64,000 nucleotides of DNA. Source: Eledone cirrhosa (taxonomy: Eukaryota). The stretch spans positions 30,814,001 through 30,878,000 of the forward strand of contig OZ024747.1 of assembly GCA_964016885.1 (NCBI GenBank), read 5' to 3'. A program made the position numbers and the translations under genes. Below the pieces are notes generated by a model. The model was not told the DNA's origin. It was given only the letters and a program-made list of their open reading frames with translations, and made no database searches. Below, piece by piece: positions 51,770 through 63,982 of the stretch (positions are counted from its first letter, which is position 1; every line of letters begins with the position of its first letter).

Positions 51770-54270
51770 CTGGATTTGTGTGTATGATGACATGCTGGAA
51801 AATCGCCATTTCCCATCCCACCTGGTGCTGTACACTAACCACTCATGCACATAGCACATTAAACCAAGTTCTGCTCAGAGCAGATACGGGGCGGACGGAG
51901 GCTCCGTAAGCTGTAGTTTAGGCAACCCGTCTAGGAGACCTACACTTCGAATAAAGTGGTACAGGGTAGAGAAGCTCCTAAGTCCAGTAAGACGACTTCC
52001 CTAGAGCTGGTGGCACAAATAAAACACCCAGTCCATGCTGTAACATGGAAGTATTGGTAGTAGTATTCAGCTATTAAAAACTATGAAAAACTAAGGGTGG
52101 AGAAGGCTCCAGATTCCAGCAAGACAATGTCTCTAGTGCAGGTGGCACGAATAACACCACCCAGTCCATGCTGTAAAGTGATGCTTGAATTAGGAAGGGC
52201 ATCCAACCAGTGTATTAATGCCAAAACAAATATGTGCACAACAATGAATTTCTATAGCAACAACTGCATGAACAGCAATAACACTAACCATGTTACGGCT
52301 GCGCACGGTAGTTGGGTGTGTAGTGCGGCCATGTGCGAGAAATCCCTGACCGTAATCAAGCAATCAGACAACATGAACATGATTATAAACAATTTTTCTT
52401 TGCAGAGAAAGAAGTTTCAACGAAAGACGTCGCATCTCAGGGTTGCCATATTTAATGTCAACACCCTGACAGGTAGATCTTGTGAGATAGTGGAGATGCT
52501 AGAGAGAAGACATGTGGATGTGTGCTGCATGCAAGAGGTGAGATGGAGAGCTGCCTCAGCAAAACTAATTGCAGGCAAACATCTTAGTTATAAGCTTTTC
52601 TGGGTGGGTAATGATATGGGTTAGGTGGGGTAGGCATTTTACTGGCTGAGAGATGGATTGATAAGACAATAGAGGTAGTTAGAGTTAGTAATAGAATAAT
52701 TAAGATTAGATTATTTTAGGCAAGAGACTGCTCACAATTATCTCTACCTATGCTCCCCAGGTCAGCCTAGGTAAAGAAGAATAATATGACATAGATGATA
52801 ACTGGAATTTCTTATGTGACAAATTAATGCATGCTACTGAAGAAACTTGTGGCTTGAGCAGGGCTCTGACCAGACAGAGAGTGAACTGGTGGTGGAACAG
52901 CAAGGTAGATAGGGCCATTAAAGACAAAAGACTAGCATGGAAGCCTGGGAAAATGGTGGGAGTAGCGACCAATACACAGCCGCTAAAAGAGAAGCTAGAC
53001 ATCAGGTGTACATAGCACGCAGGGAGGCTTAGAGTAAGAGGTTTGCTAATGTTCTGCGATGGGAAGATCAGAGATGTGCAGTGTTCTGCATTGCAACGAA
53101 GTGTGTCAGTGTAAATAAGGATGTTGTTGGAGATAAGTGTGTCTGAAATGATGCTGGTGTACTTAGTGTCACTAATGATTAGAAAAATGAGTCCTGGAAA
53201 TGAGAGACTGATGAATGTGGAGAACGAATGGTAGAGAGAGAAATTACCCCTGGTAGACCCAACAGAGGGACCAGCTATTGGGATTGATGACTATAGGATC
53301 CAAATGGTAAGGCCACTGGACCGTCGGGGATAGTTCCCGAGATGCTGAAGGCATCAGGAGAAGTAGGGACTAAACTGGTTGCACGCATAGTCAATCAAGC
53401 TATATATGGTGAAGTCATACCCAAAGACTGGTGCAGCAGTATTCTCATAAATTACTAGAAAGGTAAAGGGGATGCTCTGGAGAGGAGCAATTATAGGTGC
53501 ATAAAACTGATGGTTCAGGTTATGAAAGTGGCAGAAAGAATATTACCGCAACTACTTAGAGAAAGTGTCAAATTAGATGAGATGCAGTTTGGTTTTGTGC
53601 CTGGGAAAAGTACAACAGATGCCCTCTTCTTAATGAGACAACTACAAGTGAGCTTCTTAGAGAAGAATAAGCCACAATACTTAGCTTTTGTTGACCTAGA
53701 GAAGGCCTTTGATAGAGTACCCTGTTCTGTCATCTGGTGGTTCCTAAGGAAACTAGGTGTAGAGGAATGGCTTGTGAGCACAGTGCAAACTTTGTACAGA
53801 GGTGCTGTCAGTAAAGTGAGAGTAGGAATGGAGTTTAGTGAGGAATTTCAGATACAAGTAGGAATACATCAGGGTTCGGTCCTCAGCCCATTCTTGTTCA
53901 TTATAGTTCTCCAAGCCATAACAGGAGTTTAAGACTGGCTGCCCATGGGAACTTCTCTATGCTGATGATCTGGTACTTATAGCAGAATCAATAGAGGAGC
54001 TAGAGAATAAATTCTGGCTATGGAAACAGCAGTTGGAATCAAGAGGACTGAGAGTGAACCTAGCTAAGACAAAAGTGTTGTTAAGTAGAAAAGAGGACAA
54101 AACTCTGATTCCACCAGGGAAATGACCATGTTCGATATGTAGAAAAGGAGTTGGCATAAATTCAATAAAATGTACATAATGCAGATCTTGGGTACACAAG
54201 TGATGTAGTGGGATAGTAGGCAAAATAACAGGTAAGGAAAACTATGTATGCAGTAGATGTACAGGGAAAT
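51770..54270 (+). mobile_element. RTE LINE 5' portion (5' UTR, APE, RT, PHD), decayed and 3'-truncated
   Basis: LRVAIFNVNTL..DVCCMQEVRW; DLEKAFDRV, GIHQGSVLSP, LLYADDL. Confidence 0.9.
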
Positions 54271-54276
54271 TATATA

Positions 54277-55000
54277 AATGGTTAAGATTTAATCAAGGTA
54301 GTGATTAACCCAAGAGAAAATTTTACTTATATAGCCTAATTATGAGAAAATGCGAAAACGTAATAAATTCATTAGAGAATGTGTAAGAAAAAACGTTGCT
54401 TACTGTAACTGTTCTAAAAGTTTTTAAAATGTATGATATTACGATATATCTAGGAAAACGTCTCATGAATCATAACAGCCAGTGATAGCCACTGGAAAAG
54501 GATTTATAAAGAGGGAAAGATAAAGGGGTGGGGGGGGGGGGTGATATATGTAGAAGGACATTTTTTCCGAAAATTAAACGGTTAGATTTGAAAATATTTA
54601 ATTTATAATATTAGTGTGAAGACTACAGATTTCTTTATAAATCCTTTTCCAGTGGCTATCACTGGCTGTTATGATTCATGAGACTTTTTCTAGATATATC
54701 GTAATATCATACACTTTAAAAACTTTTAGAACACTTACAGAAAGCAACGTTTTTTCTTACTCACACATTCTCTAATGAATTTATTACGTTATTCGCATTT
54801 TCTCATAATTAGGCTATATAAGTAAAATTTTCTCTCGGGTTAATCACTACCTTGATTAAATCTTAACCATTTAACATCTCAGGGTATGTCATGTATCATT
54901 ATATTTTGTCTGATGAGGACGTACTGTTGTACATCCGAAATATGTATAATAAAATGTAATTGATCAAAAGAACATCTATTTTAATAATATTTATATTTTA
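54277..55000 (+). mobile_element. 5'-inverted non-coding element with a hammerhead (PLE-type 3' end)
   Basis: 54277-54511 is the reverse complement of ~54631-54872; same family as 59109-59908 and 63410-63982. Confidence 0.88.
54898..54960 (+). ncRNA. Type I hammerhead ribozyme
   Basis: attatattttgt-CTGATGA-ggacgtac tgtt gtacatcc-GAAA-tatgta-TA-ataaaatgtaat. Confidence 0.85.
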
Positions 55001-55431
55001 ATATATATATATATATTAGGTATAGGATTATCCTAGATGCAGTAATGGTTAATTACTACACTGGATAGAGTTGACGTACGGTGAGAGGTTACTCAACGAG
55101 TTATGGAAGAATTGTTGAAGAAACTTAGTTCCTGATCCTTCTGTATTCCGGAGTGTAGATAAAGAATGAATAATAACAGGTAGACATCATAAAAAGTTAA
55201 TTTATTCTGTGTGCTTACAAATGTTTCCACGGTGGTTATACAGCCTAGTTATGCTATGTGCAAATTTATAACTATTTGCAAAACTCAATTATCAAATGCT
55301 GTGACCACTGTATCATCAGAGCAGAATGGTTAAAATGCACAATGTAAATACCCTTAAGTGAGGTTATTGGGGAAGATAGAGTAGAAAAGGAAGAGAGAAA
55401 AAGAAGGGTATTTACATTGTACATTTTAACC

Positions 55432-55555
55432 ATTCTGCTCTGATGATACAGTGGTCACAGCATTTGATAATTGAGTTTTGCAAATAGTTATAAATTTGCA
55501 CATAGCATAACTAGGCTGTATAACCACCGTGGAAACATTTGTAAGCACACAGAAT
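55432..55555 (+). ncRNA. Hammerhead with enlarged stem II in the pLTR (also 58786-58909 on + and 55204-55327 on -)
   Basis: attctgct-CTGATGA-tacagtggt[~67 nt]accaccgtg-GAAA-catttg-TA-agc(acac)agaat. Confidence 0.78.
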
Positions 55556-55792
55556 AAATTACCTTTTTATGATGTCTACTTGTTATTATTCATTCTTTAT
55601 CTACACTCTGGAATACAGAAGGATCAGGAACTAAGTTTCTTCAACAATTCTTCCATAACTCGTTGAGTAACCTCTCACCGTACGTCAACTCTATCCAGTG
55701 TAGTAATTAACCATTACTACATCTAGGATAATCCTATACCTAATAATCGCCTCCTGCACAGTTGAGCAACCACACCAACACACGGCAATAAT

Positions 55793-58314
55793 ATGGAAAG
55801 GCATCATATAGGTATGTCACTTAAAAACATACCTATACCTAACAGAAGGGAATATATTCTTGGTATGATTCAACGCAATAATGACTTCATTCGGCGTGTA
55901 CGATGGAAGGCTTTCCATTTCGATAAGGGACACGCCAGTCACTTGTCTGAATCATATGGTTTTAAATCATGTAAAAACCCACCCACAAACCCCCAGCTCG
56001 ATGCTTTCGAACAAGATTTAATGAATACGACCATGAATATTAAGTTTACCAAACATAGAAATAATGAGCTGCAGAGCAACATGAAAGCACTACTCCGAAG
56101 ACTGCAAAATACCAATGGAATTGTTATGAAAGCTGACAAGACCTCTGACGTGTATACCATGGATATCGATACATACAACAGCTTCATACGCAATGAACTA
56201 CACAAAAAATATAGAAAAACAAGTGAAACTACGCTAGCAAATATGAACAACGAGGCATACAAAGTGGTGAAGAATCTCAAGATAGACGATAGAACCGAGC
56301 CGATTATACCCGCAACCCCCACCTTTAACCTGAAGGACCATAGGTAAATTTTGATTCTAACCCTAAGATTAGACTTATATACCCTTCTAAATCAGACATA
56401 GGAAAAATTAGCAAACATATACTTGACAGAGTAACTCAAGTGACAAAGAAAATAGAAATTAAATTATGGGGCAACACTAGCGAAGCAATTCGTTGGTTTA
56501 ATAACGTTAAGAACAAGAATAAATCTAAGTTTATACAATTTGACATAGACGAATACTACTCTTCAATCTCACCCGGCACTTTATGTAAGGCCCTATCGTT
56601 TGCTAAAGTCAATTCCGACCTAACGGAGGACGAAATTAATATTATTCTCGAGGCTAGAAAAACTATTATCAAGTTTGATAACTGCTACTGGGAACGTAAG
56701 GACAGACCCACAAACTTCGACATTACCATGGGTTCCAACGACTCAGCGGAGGTCACGGATCTTGTGGGAATTTACATAGCCCACATACTACATAGTAAAT
56801 TTAGTAATCTACAGGGGGGAATATACAGAGATGACGGGCTCTTATTAGTTAATAACTTAAATAACCAAAATCTTGAAAGGCTACGGAAAGATATTTGAAA
56901 ATCTTTTAGTGAACTGGGTCTAAAAATAACGTACGAATACAATCTTAAAGTAGTAAATTTTCTAGAGTAACTCTTAATTTAAATACCAGACTGATACGAC
57001 CCTTCCACAAGATAAATGAGAACCTCACCTATATCAATTTTAACTCAAACCACCCACTTTCTATGATCAAATCGGTTCCCCGTAGTATTTCTCTTAGAAT
57101 CTCTCGCCTATCGTCTGACTCTGAGATTTTTAGTGAACACGCAGAATACTATAATAATTGTTTCTACTTTAGGCACAAGGCCAGCAATTACCCAGTGCGT
57201 TACTGGTACTTTATTTTATCGACCCCGTAAGGATGAAAGGCAAAGTCAACCTCGGCGGGATTTGAACTCAGATCGTAAAGGGACGTAACCATGCTGGAAA
57301 GCATGGCGTCCGACCCTCTACCGATACTGCCAATCCACCGCAGAATACTATAATAATGCATTAAGGAATGCCGACCACCGGGATACAATAGAATACATTG
57401 ATAAGAATCTCCATAGCATACATAGCTCTACACGAAATCAATGAATACGTAACCAGGGTACTGAAATACAAGCGCACACACGCAGTACCACCAGATATAC
57501 TAATAATAGAAAATCGTCACCAAATAAATCACGTTGTAGAAAGTATATCTGGTATAATCCTATTTTTAATGCTTCGATTAGTACACAACTATCTCTTTCA
57601 TTCTTTAAGTTAATCAACAAGCATTTCCCTAGTTCCCATAAATACAGTAAAATTCTGAACTCTAAAACTATTAGACTATCATACTCCACGGCACCAAACA
57701 TTGAAGCATACATAAAAAAACTTAACTTAAAGCAATTAAACAACACTACAAAACAAAATATATTGATAACAGATGAGCATAACGTAATATCGGCCTCCCA
57801 ACCACTAAATGGGAGACAGGTATTACACAACCCACCTGTACTGCTATCACAACCTATCCATGGTATACCCGCTACCCACAACAAAAACTGTAACTGCTAC
57901 CTACCTGAAAGATGTCCATTAAAGAATAAATGCCTAAAGTCCAACATTGTTTACCAATGCACGGTTGAATCGAACGACCAGAAATGGTATTACATCGGGT
58001 CTACCACTACTTCGTTTAAATCTCGCTGGTACCGTCATCGATTCTCAATTAAATATCCTGATCACCGTTTTGTGACCACGCTCGCCAACAAGACCTGGCA
58101 ACTCCGTGAACGCAACCAACAGTTCACCTTGAAATGGGATATACTTTCCAGCGCAAGTGCATATCGGAGCGGATTGAAGTACTGTAGGTTATGTAACCTT
58201 GAATTCTTTTACATCTTAAAATCCAAAAATAAATTACTAAATGATAGAATCGAACGATAATTATACTGCAACCACCAACTGAAAGCTAAATTCTCTCACT
58301 ATAAAATAACTTAA
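55793..58314 (+). pseudogene. PLE reverse transcriptase plus GIY-YIG endonuclease, with stops, frameshifts and a SINE insertion
   Basis: KADK, FDIDEYYSSI, ITMGS, GIYRDDGL, SNHP, IWYNP, CNC..CPL..C, NIVYQC..YYIGST..FKSR...H, CRLC..E. Confidence 0.92.
57159..57341 (-). mobile_element. tRNA-derived SINE (family A) inserted in the PLE ORF
   Basis: Flanking direct repeat cgcagaatactataataat at 57140-57158 and 57339-57357. Confidence 0.93.
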
Positions 58315-58948
58315 CATTCGAACCCGTAACTATAACATTGCTTTCTAGCTAACCACTTTCTCTTCCCCCACACTACAAGACAATACCCTGCTTATCACTA
58401 TAAATGGGAACTTAGTGCAATTCGTAGATTACTACTATGAACCCAATGTTCACCCACCCCATAGCTTTCGTATGTCCCCTCTCTATCTCTCCCTCACTAT
58501 CCATTCCACTCTCTCTCTCTCTCTCTCTCGCCCTAGGCCTACCTCCCTCCCTCTCCACATCTATGAACCTGCCCTCTGGGGCAATAAATAATTCCAACCT
58601 TGACTATCAACGCATCGCTTAAGGTGGTCGCTTTAAGAGTAACCAGTATAATAAAACCCCTACCACAACATTTTGATTAAGATATCTACAAACCACTCTC
58701 TCCCATTTCTCCAACCCCTGCATATCTTTCTCTCTCTCTTCCTCAATAACCTCACTTAAGGGTATTTACATTGTACATTTTAACCATTCTGCTCTGATGA
58801 TACAGTGGTCACAGCATTTGATAATTGAGTTTTGCAAATAGTTATAAATTTGCACATAGCATAACTAGGCTGTATAACCACCGTGGAAACATTTGTAAGC
58901 ACACATAATAAATTACCTTTTTATGATGTCTACCTGTTATTATTCATT

Positions 58949-59011
<63 letters not shown>

Positions 59012-59071
59012 GGTAGAACTAATATAGTGATTTAATATAACATAATAAATAATAATTTATTACGATAAACG

Positions 59072-59108
<37 letters not shown>

Positions 59109-59908
59109 CTGAAAACTCTGCGTTAATCATTATACTTTAGACAATGTATCTACTTGACAATAAATTCTTCAATATTTGTAACAGTAAGTACTTCATAAAT
59201 TTTACATACCGAAAATGTTGACACTGTTAGAGGTAATTTTTGTTAAAGATTACATTTAAGGGAATATTCAACAGTGTATATTTTTCTTTCGCGGGCCTAG
59301 TAAATCCTTTAATTTTGTTTTCATAAAATTCAGAATTTTAGAAATGTAACACATTTAAAAAATTTACAAAATTTATAAAATTAATATAAATAACCATCAA
59401 CTTTTAAAAACTTAAAATGTTGATTCTTCAACCTACAATAACATAAATTAAATATTTTGAAACTTAACCGCTAAGTCCATATGGGGAAAATAAATTTTTT
59501 GCATAAATTACTCCCCTTTATTTCTCCCTCTCTTTAATTATCTATCGGTTGCATTCATATACTATAATAAAATTATAATTCCAGAGATGTCTTCCTCTAT
59601 AATCCTAATTTGTAGTATCCTACATTTTAAAATCTCTATAACTGTTACATTAAAGCAATGTTTTTCTTACTCATACCTTCTCTATTGAATCTAATACGTT
59701 TTCCCATTTTCTCATTATTAGGGTTTAAATGTTGAGTTTTCTCATAGGTTAATCACTACCTTGATTAAATCTTAACCATTTAACATCTCAGGGTATGTCA
59801 TGTATCATTATATTTTGTCTGATGAGGACGTACTGTTGTACCTCTGAAATATGTATAATAAAATGTAATTGATCAAAAGAACATTATTTTATTAATATTT
59901 GTATTTTA
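59109..59908 (+). mobile_element. Non-coding HHR element (family of 54277-55000); HHR at 59807-59869
   Basis: Shared 3' ~290 bp; lies between (TA)n tracts. Confidence 0.85.
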
Positions 59909-60021
59909 ATATATATATATATATATATATACACAAGGATCGGAATTAGAGTATTCCGCAGTTCACAGTAATGATAATATTAGCTCAAAGAAGAACAGAG
60001 AATTTTCAACTGGGCTTAAAT

Positions 60022-60132
60022 ACAAATATATTACACAGAGAGAAGTGTGCTACGCAGTGAGATGTATGTTCATGTAATAATTCTTTACACACATCTCACT
60101 GTGTAACACACTTCTCTCTGTGTAATATATTT

Positions 60133-60134
<2 letters not shown>
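60022..60134. repeat. ~44-bp-arm inverted repeat in a stub between (TA)n tracts
   Basis: acaaatatattacacagagagaagtgtg...cacacttctctctgtgtaatatatttgt. Confidence 0.85.
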
Positions 60135-60170
<36 letters not shown>

Positions 60171-60225
60171 GTATATATATGTATATATGTATGTATATTT
60201 GGGTCTCCATATATATATGTATATG

Positions 60226-61362
60226 TATGCATATGTATGAGTCGGCACATTTTCATGCACTGGCCTAAATCTTTACTATTTTAATAACCTCTGTCATTTT
60301 CATTTAACAACTTTATTTAAATATAAGTATTACACGTACATACATATATGTATACGGACGCACAGTAGTATGTATATATATATACATACATGCACACACA
60401 TATATATATGTATGTATGGGTTTACCGAACATTTATCATAATGTTCAGTTTGTTTGTAAACGAACAGCCCAAATTAAGCCGTACAGTGTTTAGCAACCAT
60501 CATTGCCCTTTTGTTCAACACTGACAAACGAACAATGTACTAGTTTCAAGCTTATTAGCTATGGTCAGCATCGTATACCTTCCTGCCAGATGATTGAACG
60601 TCTGAAAGTATGTACTTTCCTTATGCATATTAACGGCTGAGCAGCCTAATTTGCATATAGAGTGAGTTAGTCAGCTGGGCGCACCGAAAACGATAAATGG
60701 ACAAAATGAAACGAAATTTCATTTCTCACTCTTAGTACGGCTGTTACTTAAATATAAGTATGTACACATACATATATGTATACGGACGCACAGTAGTATG
60801 TATATATATACATACATGCACACATATATATATGTATGTAAGTGTTTACCGAACATTTATTATAATGCTCAGTTTGTTTGTAAACAAACAGCCCGAATTA
60901 CGCCGTACAGTGTTCGGCAACCATCATTGCCCTTTTGTTCAACACTGACAAAGGAACGATGAACTAGTTTCAAGCTTATTAGCTATGGTCAGCATCGTAT
61001 ACCTTCCTGCCAGATGATTGAACGTCTGAAAGTATATACTTTCCTTATGCATATTAACAGCTGAGCAGCCTAATTTGCATATCAAGTTAGTTATTCTGAA
61101 TCAAATTTTTGTTTAATGACTCCATTTATACCATAAACGTGTTTTTGTCTTTGCGTAAAATTGTTCTAATCGCTCTACATAACGACATTGCCAGGGAACG
61201 TCTTCACGAACCAAAGCATCGTCTTCCTGTTTTCTTTCGGTTGTAACACATTTCGAAATATTTACTTCTGCGTTCACAGATTGATTTTTTTAAGTTTCAG
61301 AAGATCCTGTTAAGGATGAAAGCAGCGATTCTTTGCTTAAACATCAATCAGTTATTTTAATC
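60226..61362 (+). mobile_element. Composite element: non-coding carrier with a 3' HHR-like motif, containing ~1.8 retrozyme-like monomers
   Basis: Flanks match 48271-48495; the insert 60318-61090 matches the 15.3-17.4 kb monomer (period 424), with minus-strand HHRs at 60533-60573 and 60957-60997. Confidence 0.85.
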
Positions 61363-61372
61363 TATATAAATC

Positions 61373-61403
<31 letters not shown>

Positions 61404-62146
61404 CATATATATATATACAGAGATAGGTAAGAAGTGTAGGAATGTGAAATTCATGGAGTTCCCAAAGGCCTTGGTACTATAAAAGTAATAAATTGTCTTC
61501 AACTCAGAATTAAATGTAGATTGTAGATATTGGTCTCTAAATCTTTGCATTTACACTACACTAGCTGTCAATAAATTTTGCCAGCAATAAACTATTATCA
61601 ATTATAAATTTGCATCGTACATTAAATGGTGAATTCACACAGCCAATGAGGTCTTAGTTTTATTTGTTACCTTAAAGAAGAAAGTGCATGAGAGAGAGAG
61701 AAAGATTGATAGATATAGGGAATGGAGGAGGGAAAGAGAGAGAAAGTGAGAGATAAATAGGTAGAGATAGAGAGTGAGAGAGGAGGGGTGGAAGAGAGAG
61801 TGGGTAAAACACATTAAATCCTACCCAGAGGTTGAAGAAGTATATTATATGAGAGTTGTTAGTTGGCTTCTGTGAGATAAGAGATCGTAAATTGTGCTTA
61901 GCATTGCCATAAATCATATGAACACAGAAATGTGAAGACCTGATTGAATTAATTATGGCTCCAATCAAATTGTTGTTTTAGGCATCAATAACATATTTTG
62001 TTATACAGAGAAAAAGAAAAAGAGAAAATAAAATGTAAATACCAATGTAAATACCAATGTCAATTTTTTTTCTCGGAAAATCTAAAACTAGGATATTATA
62101 TAAAATAGGCATAAGCATTTTAGAAGAAACCTACAAGACATACTCG

Positions 62147-62178
<32 letters not shown>

Positions 62179-62217
62179 TGCACATATACACGCTTTTGTG
62201 TAAGTATAAAATGTATG

Positions 62218-62370
62218 AGGCAGTGAATTGTCAGAGTCATTAGAACATCTGATAGAATGCTTTACAGTATTCATTCTGACTGCTCTCTGAGTTCAAATCC
62301 TGCTGAGATCAACTTTGTCTTTTATCCATTCGAGGTCGATAAAAAAAAACACAAGTCCAATACTTGGATT
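62218..62370 (+). mobile_element. Diverged SINE (family A)
   Basis: aggcagtgaattgtcagag..ctgagttcaaatcc..gaggtcgataaaa. Confidence 0.65.
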
Positions 62371-63095
62371 GATTCTGCTTCTATATCTCTTTCTCACTTC
62401 CATTTTTTCACTCTCTATATTTCTCAGGAAGAAATCTGCTGTATTCAGACCTGGAGCGGGGATGAGTTCCACCAAGCTTTAAAATGCTCAGAAACAATGT
62501 ATGTCAATATGGCGTCCCCATGACTCCCTCAGGTATATGGTCAGTCAACAAGGAAAACACAGGAGAACAATACAGTACAATGGTGATATATATTAGTTTA
62601 ACACTTCATATAATAGGAAAAGATTATTGATGTTTGCGATGTTAATCCTTCATTGAAAGATAGAATGAGAGATAGAAGAAAAAATAGAGTGAGAAAAGAA
62701 AGAAAACTGTGAAAATGAGTTAATGTTTAAAATGTATATATATATAAAGAACAGAATATATACAGAAGAACATGTATATATAAATATTCAAGATGCTTTG
62801 CAATCAAGCAATTCTAGATTCAATTTGATTGTGTCTGAAAAAGTCCAAAGTCTGGAGCCTGGAGGCTCATCAGGCTTTATTTTCGTTTCTGGGGATGTTA
62901 AGTGAATTGGAGAAAAAGGCCAGTCCATTGCAGGGTTAAACCCCCATCTACTGCTCAAACTCAACTTAGCTGAGTGTACTGGAGCAATGTGAAATGAACA
63001 CAACTCAGTCCAGGAATCAAACCCCCAACATTATGATCATAAGTTTAGAACTCTTGCAAGAAAGGGGTGGATATACATATATACACTGATATGTA

Positions 63096-63126
<31 letters not shown>

Positions 63127-63355
63127 TTAAATAATTGGCTTCTGAATAGTTTACTTCAGCCAAGTTTCACAGAATTATCATTGGTGAGTCTGAAGCTACG
63201 CTAGTTAATACTTGTACAATAGGATCAAACCACATGGCTGCAAAGTGAACTTCTTAACTACTGACATGTCTGCATTCAAATATGTATGTGTTTGCACATT
63301 CACATATATACACACACATATACATATGTGTATCACTCACTCTCTCTCTCTCTCT

Positions 63356-63409
<54 letters not shown>

Positions 63410-63413
<4 letters not shown>

Positions 63414-63982
63414 GAGTTAAACAATATTCAATGAGTATATCAAAGAATGAGTTTTACAATAGATTGGAAGCACTCTATGTAAAATAATATTCCAGAGTTA
63501 TTAATATTAAAATACAAATATTAATAAAATAAAAAAACCTAAAATCTTGATTCTTCACCCTAAAATAGCATAAATTAAATATTTTCAAACTTAACCGTTT
63601 AACTTTTGGAAAATCTCCTTCTACATATATTCCCTCTCTATATATTATCTCAGTGGCTCTCATTGACCGCTTTCCCTGATAAATTGTAGTATCATACATT
63701 TTAAAATCTCTATAACTGTTACATTAAGCAACGTTTTTCTTACTCACACATTCTCTATTGAATTTATTACGTTTTCGGATTTTCTCATTATTAGGGTATA
63801 AATGTTAAACTTTCTCTTAGGTTAATCACTACCTTGATTAAATCTTAACCATTTAATATCTCAGGGTATGTCATGTATCATTACATTTTGTCTGATGAAG
63901 ACGTACTGTTGTACATCTGAAATATGTATAATAAAATGTAATTGATAAAATGAAAATCTATTTTATTAATATTTGTATTTTA
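63410..63982 (+). mobile_element. Non-coding HHR element (family of 54277-55000); HHR at 63880-63942
   Basis: Collinear with 59380-59908; lies between (TA)n tracts. Confidence 0.85.

Larger units (their letters stand above)
55014..58952 (+). mobile_element. Near-complete Penelope-like element with inverted 5' arm and direct pLTRs
   Basis: Inverted repeat 55014-55355 / 55404-55745; pLTR 55404-55600 repeated at 58758-58952; RT plus GIY-YIG ORF; (TA)n on both sides. Confidence 0.94.

Noticed and set aside
56896-56898. Selenocysteine UGA in the PLE ORF
   Set aside because: The ORF also has TAA stops and frameshifts, so ordinary decay is simpler; no SECIS identified
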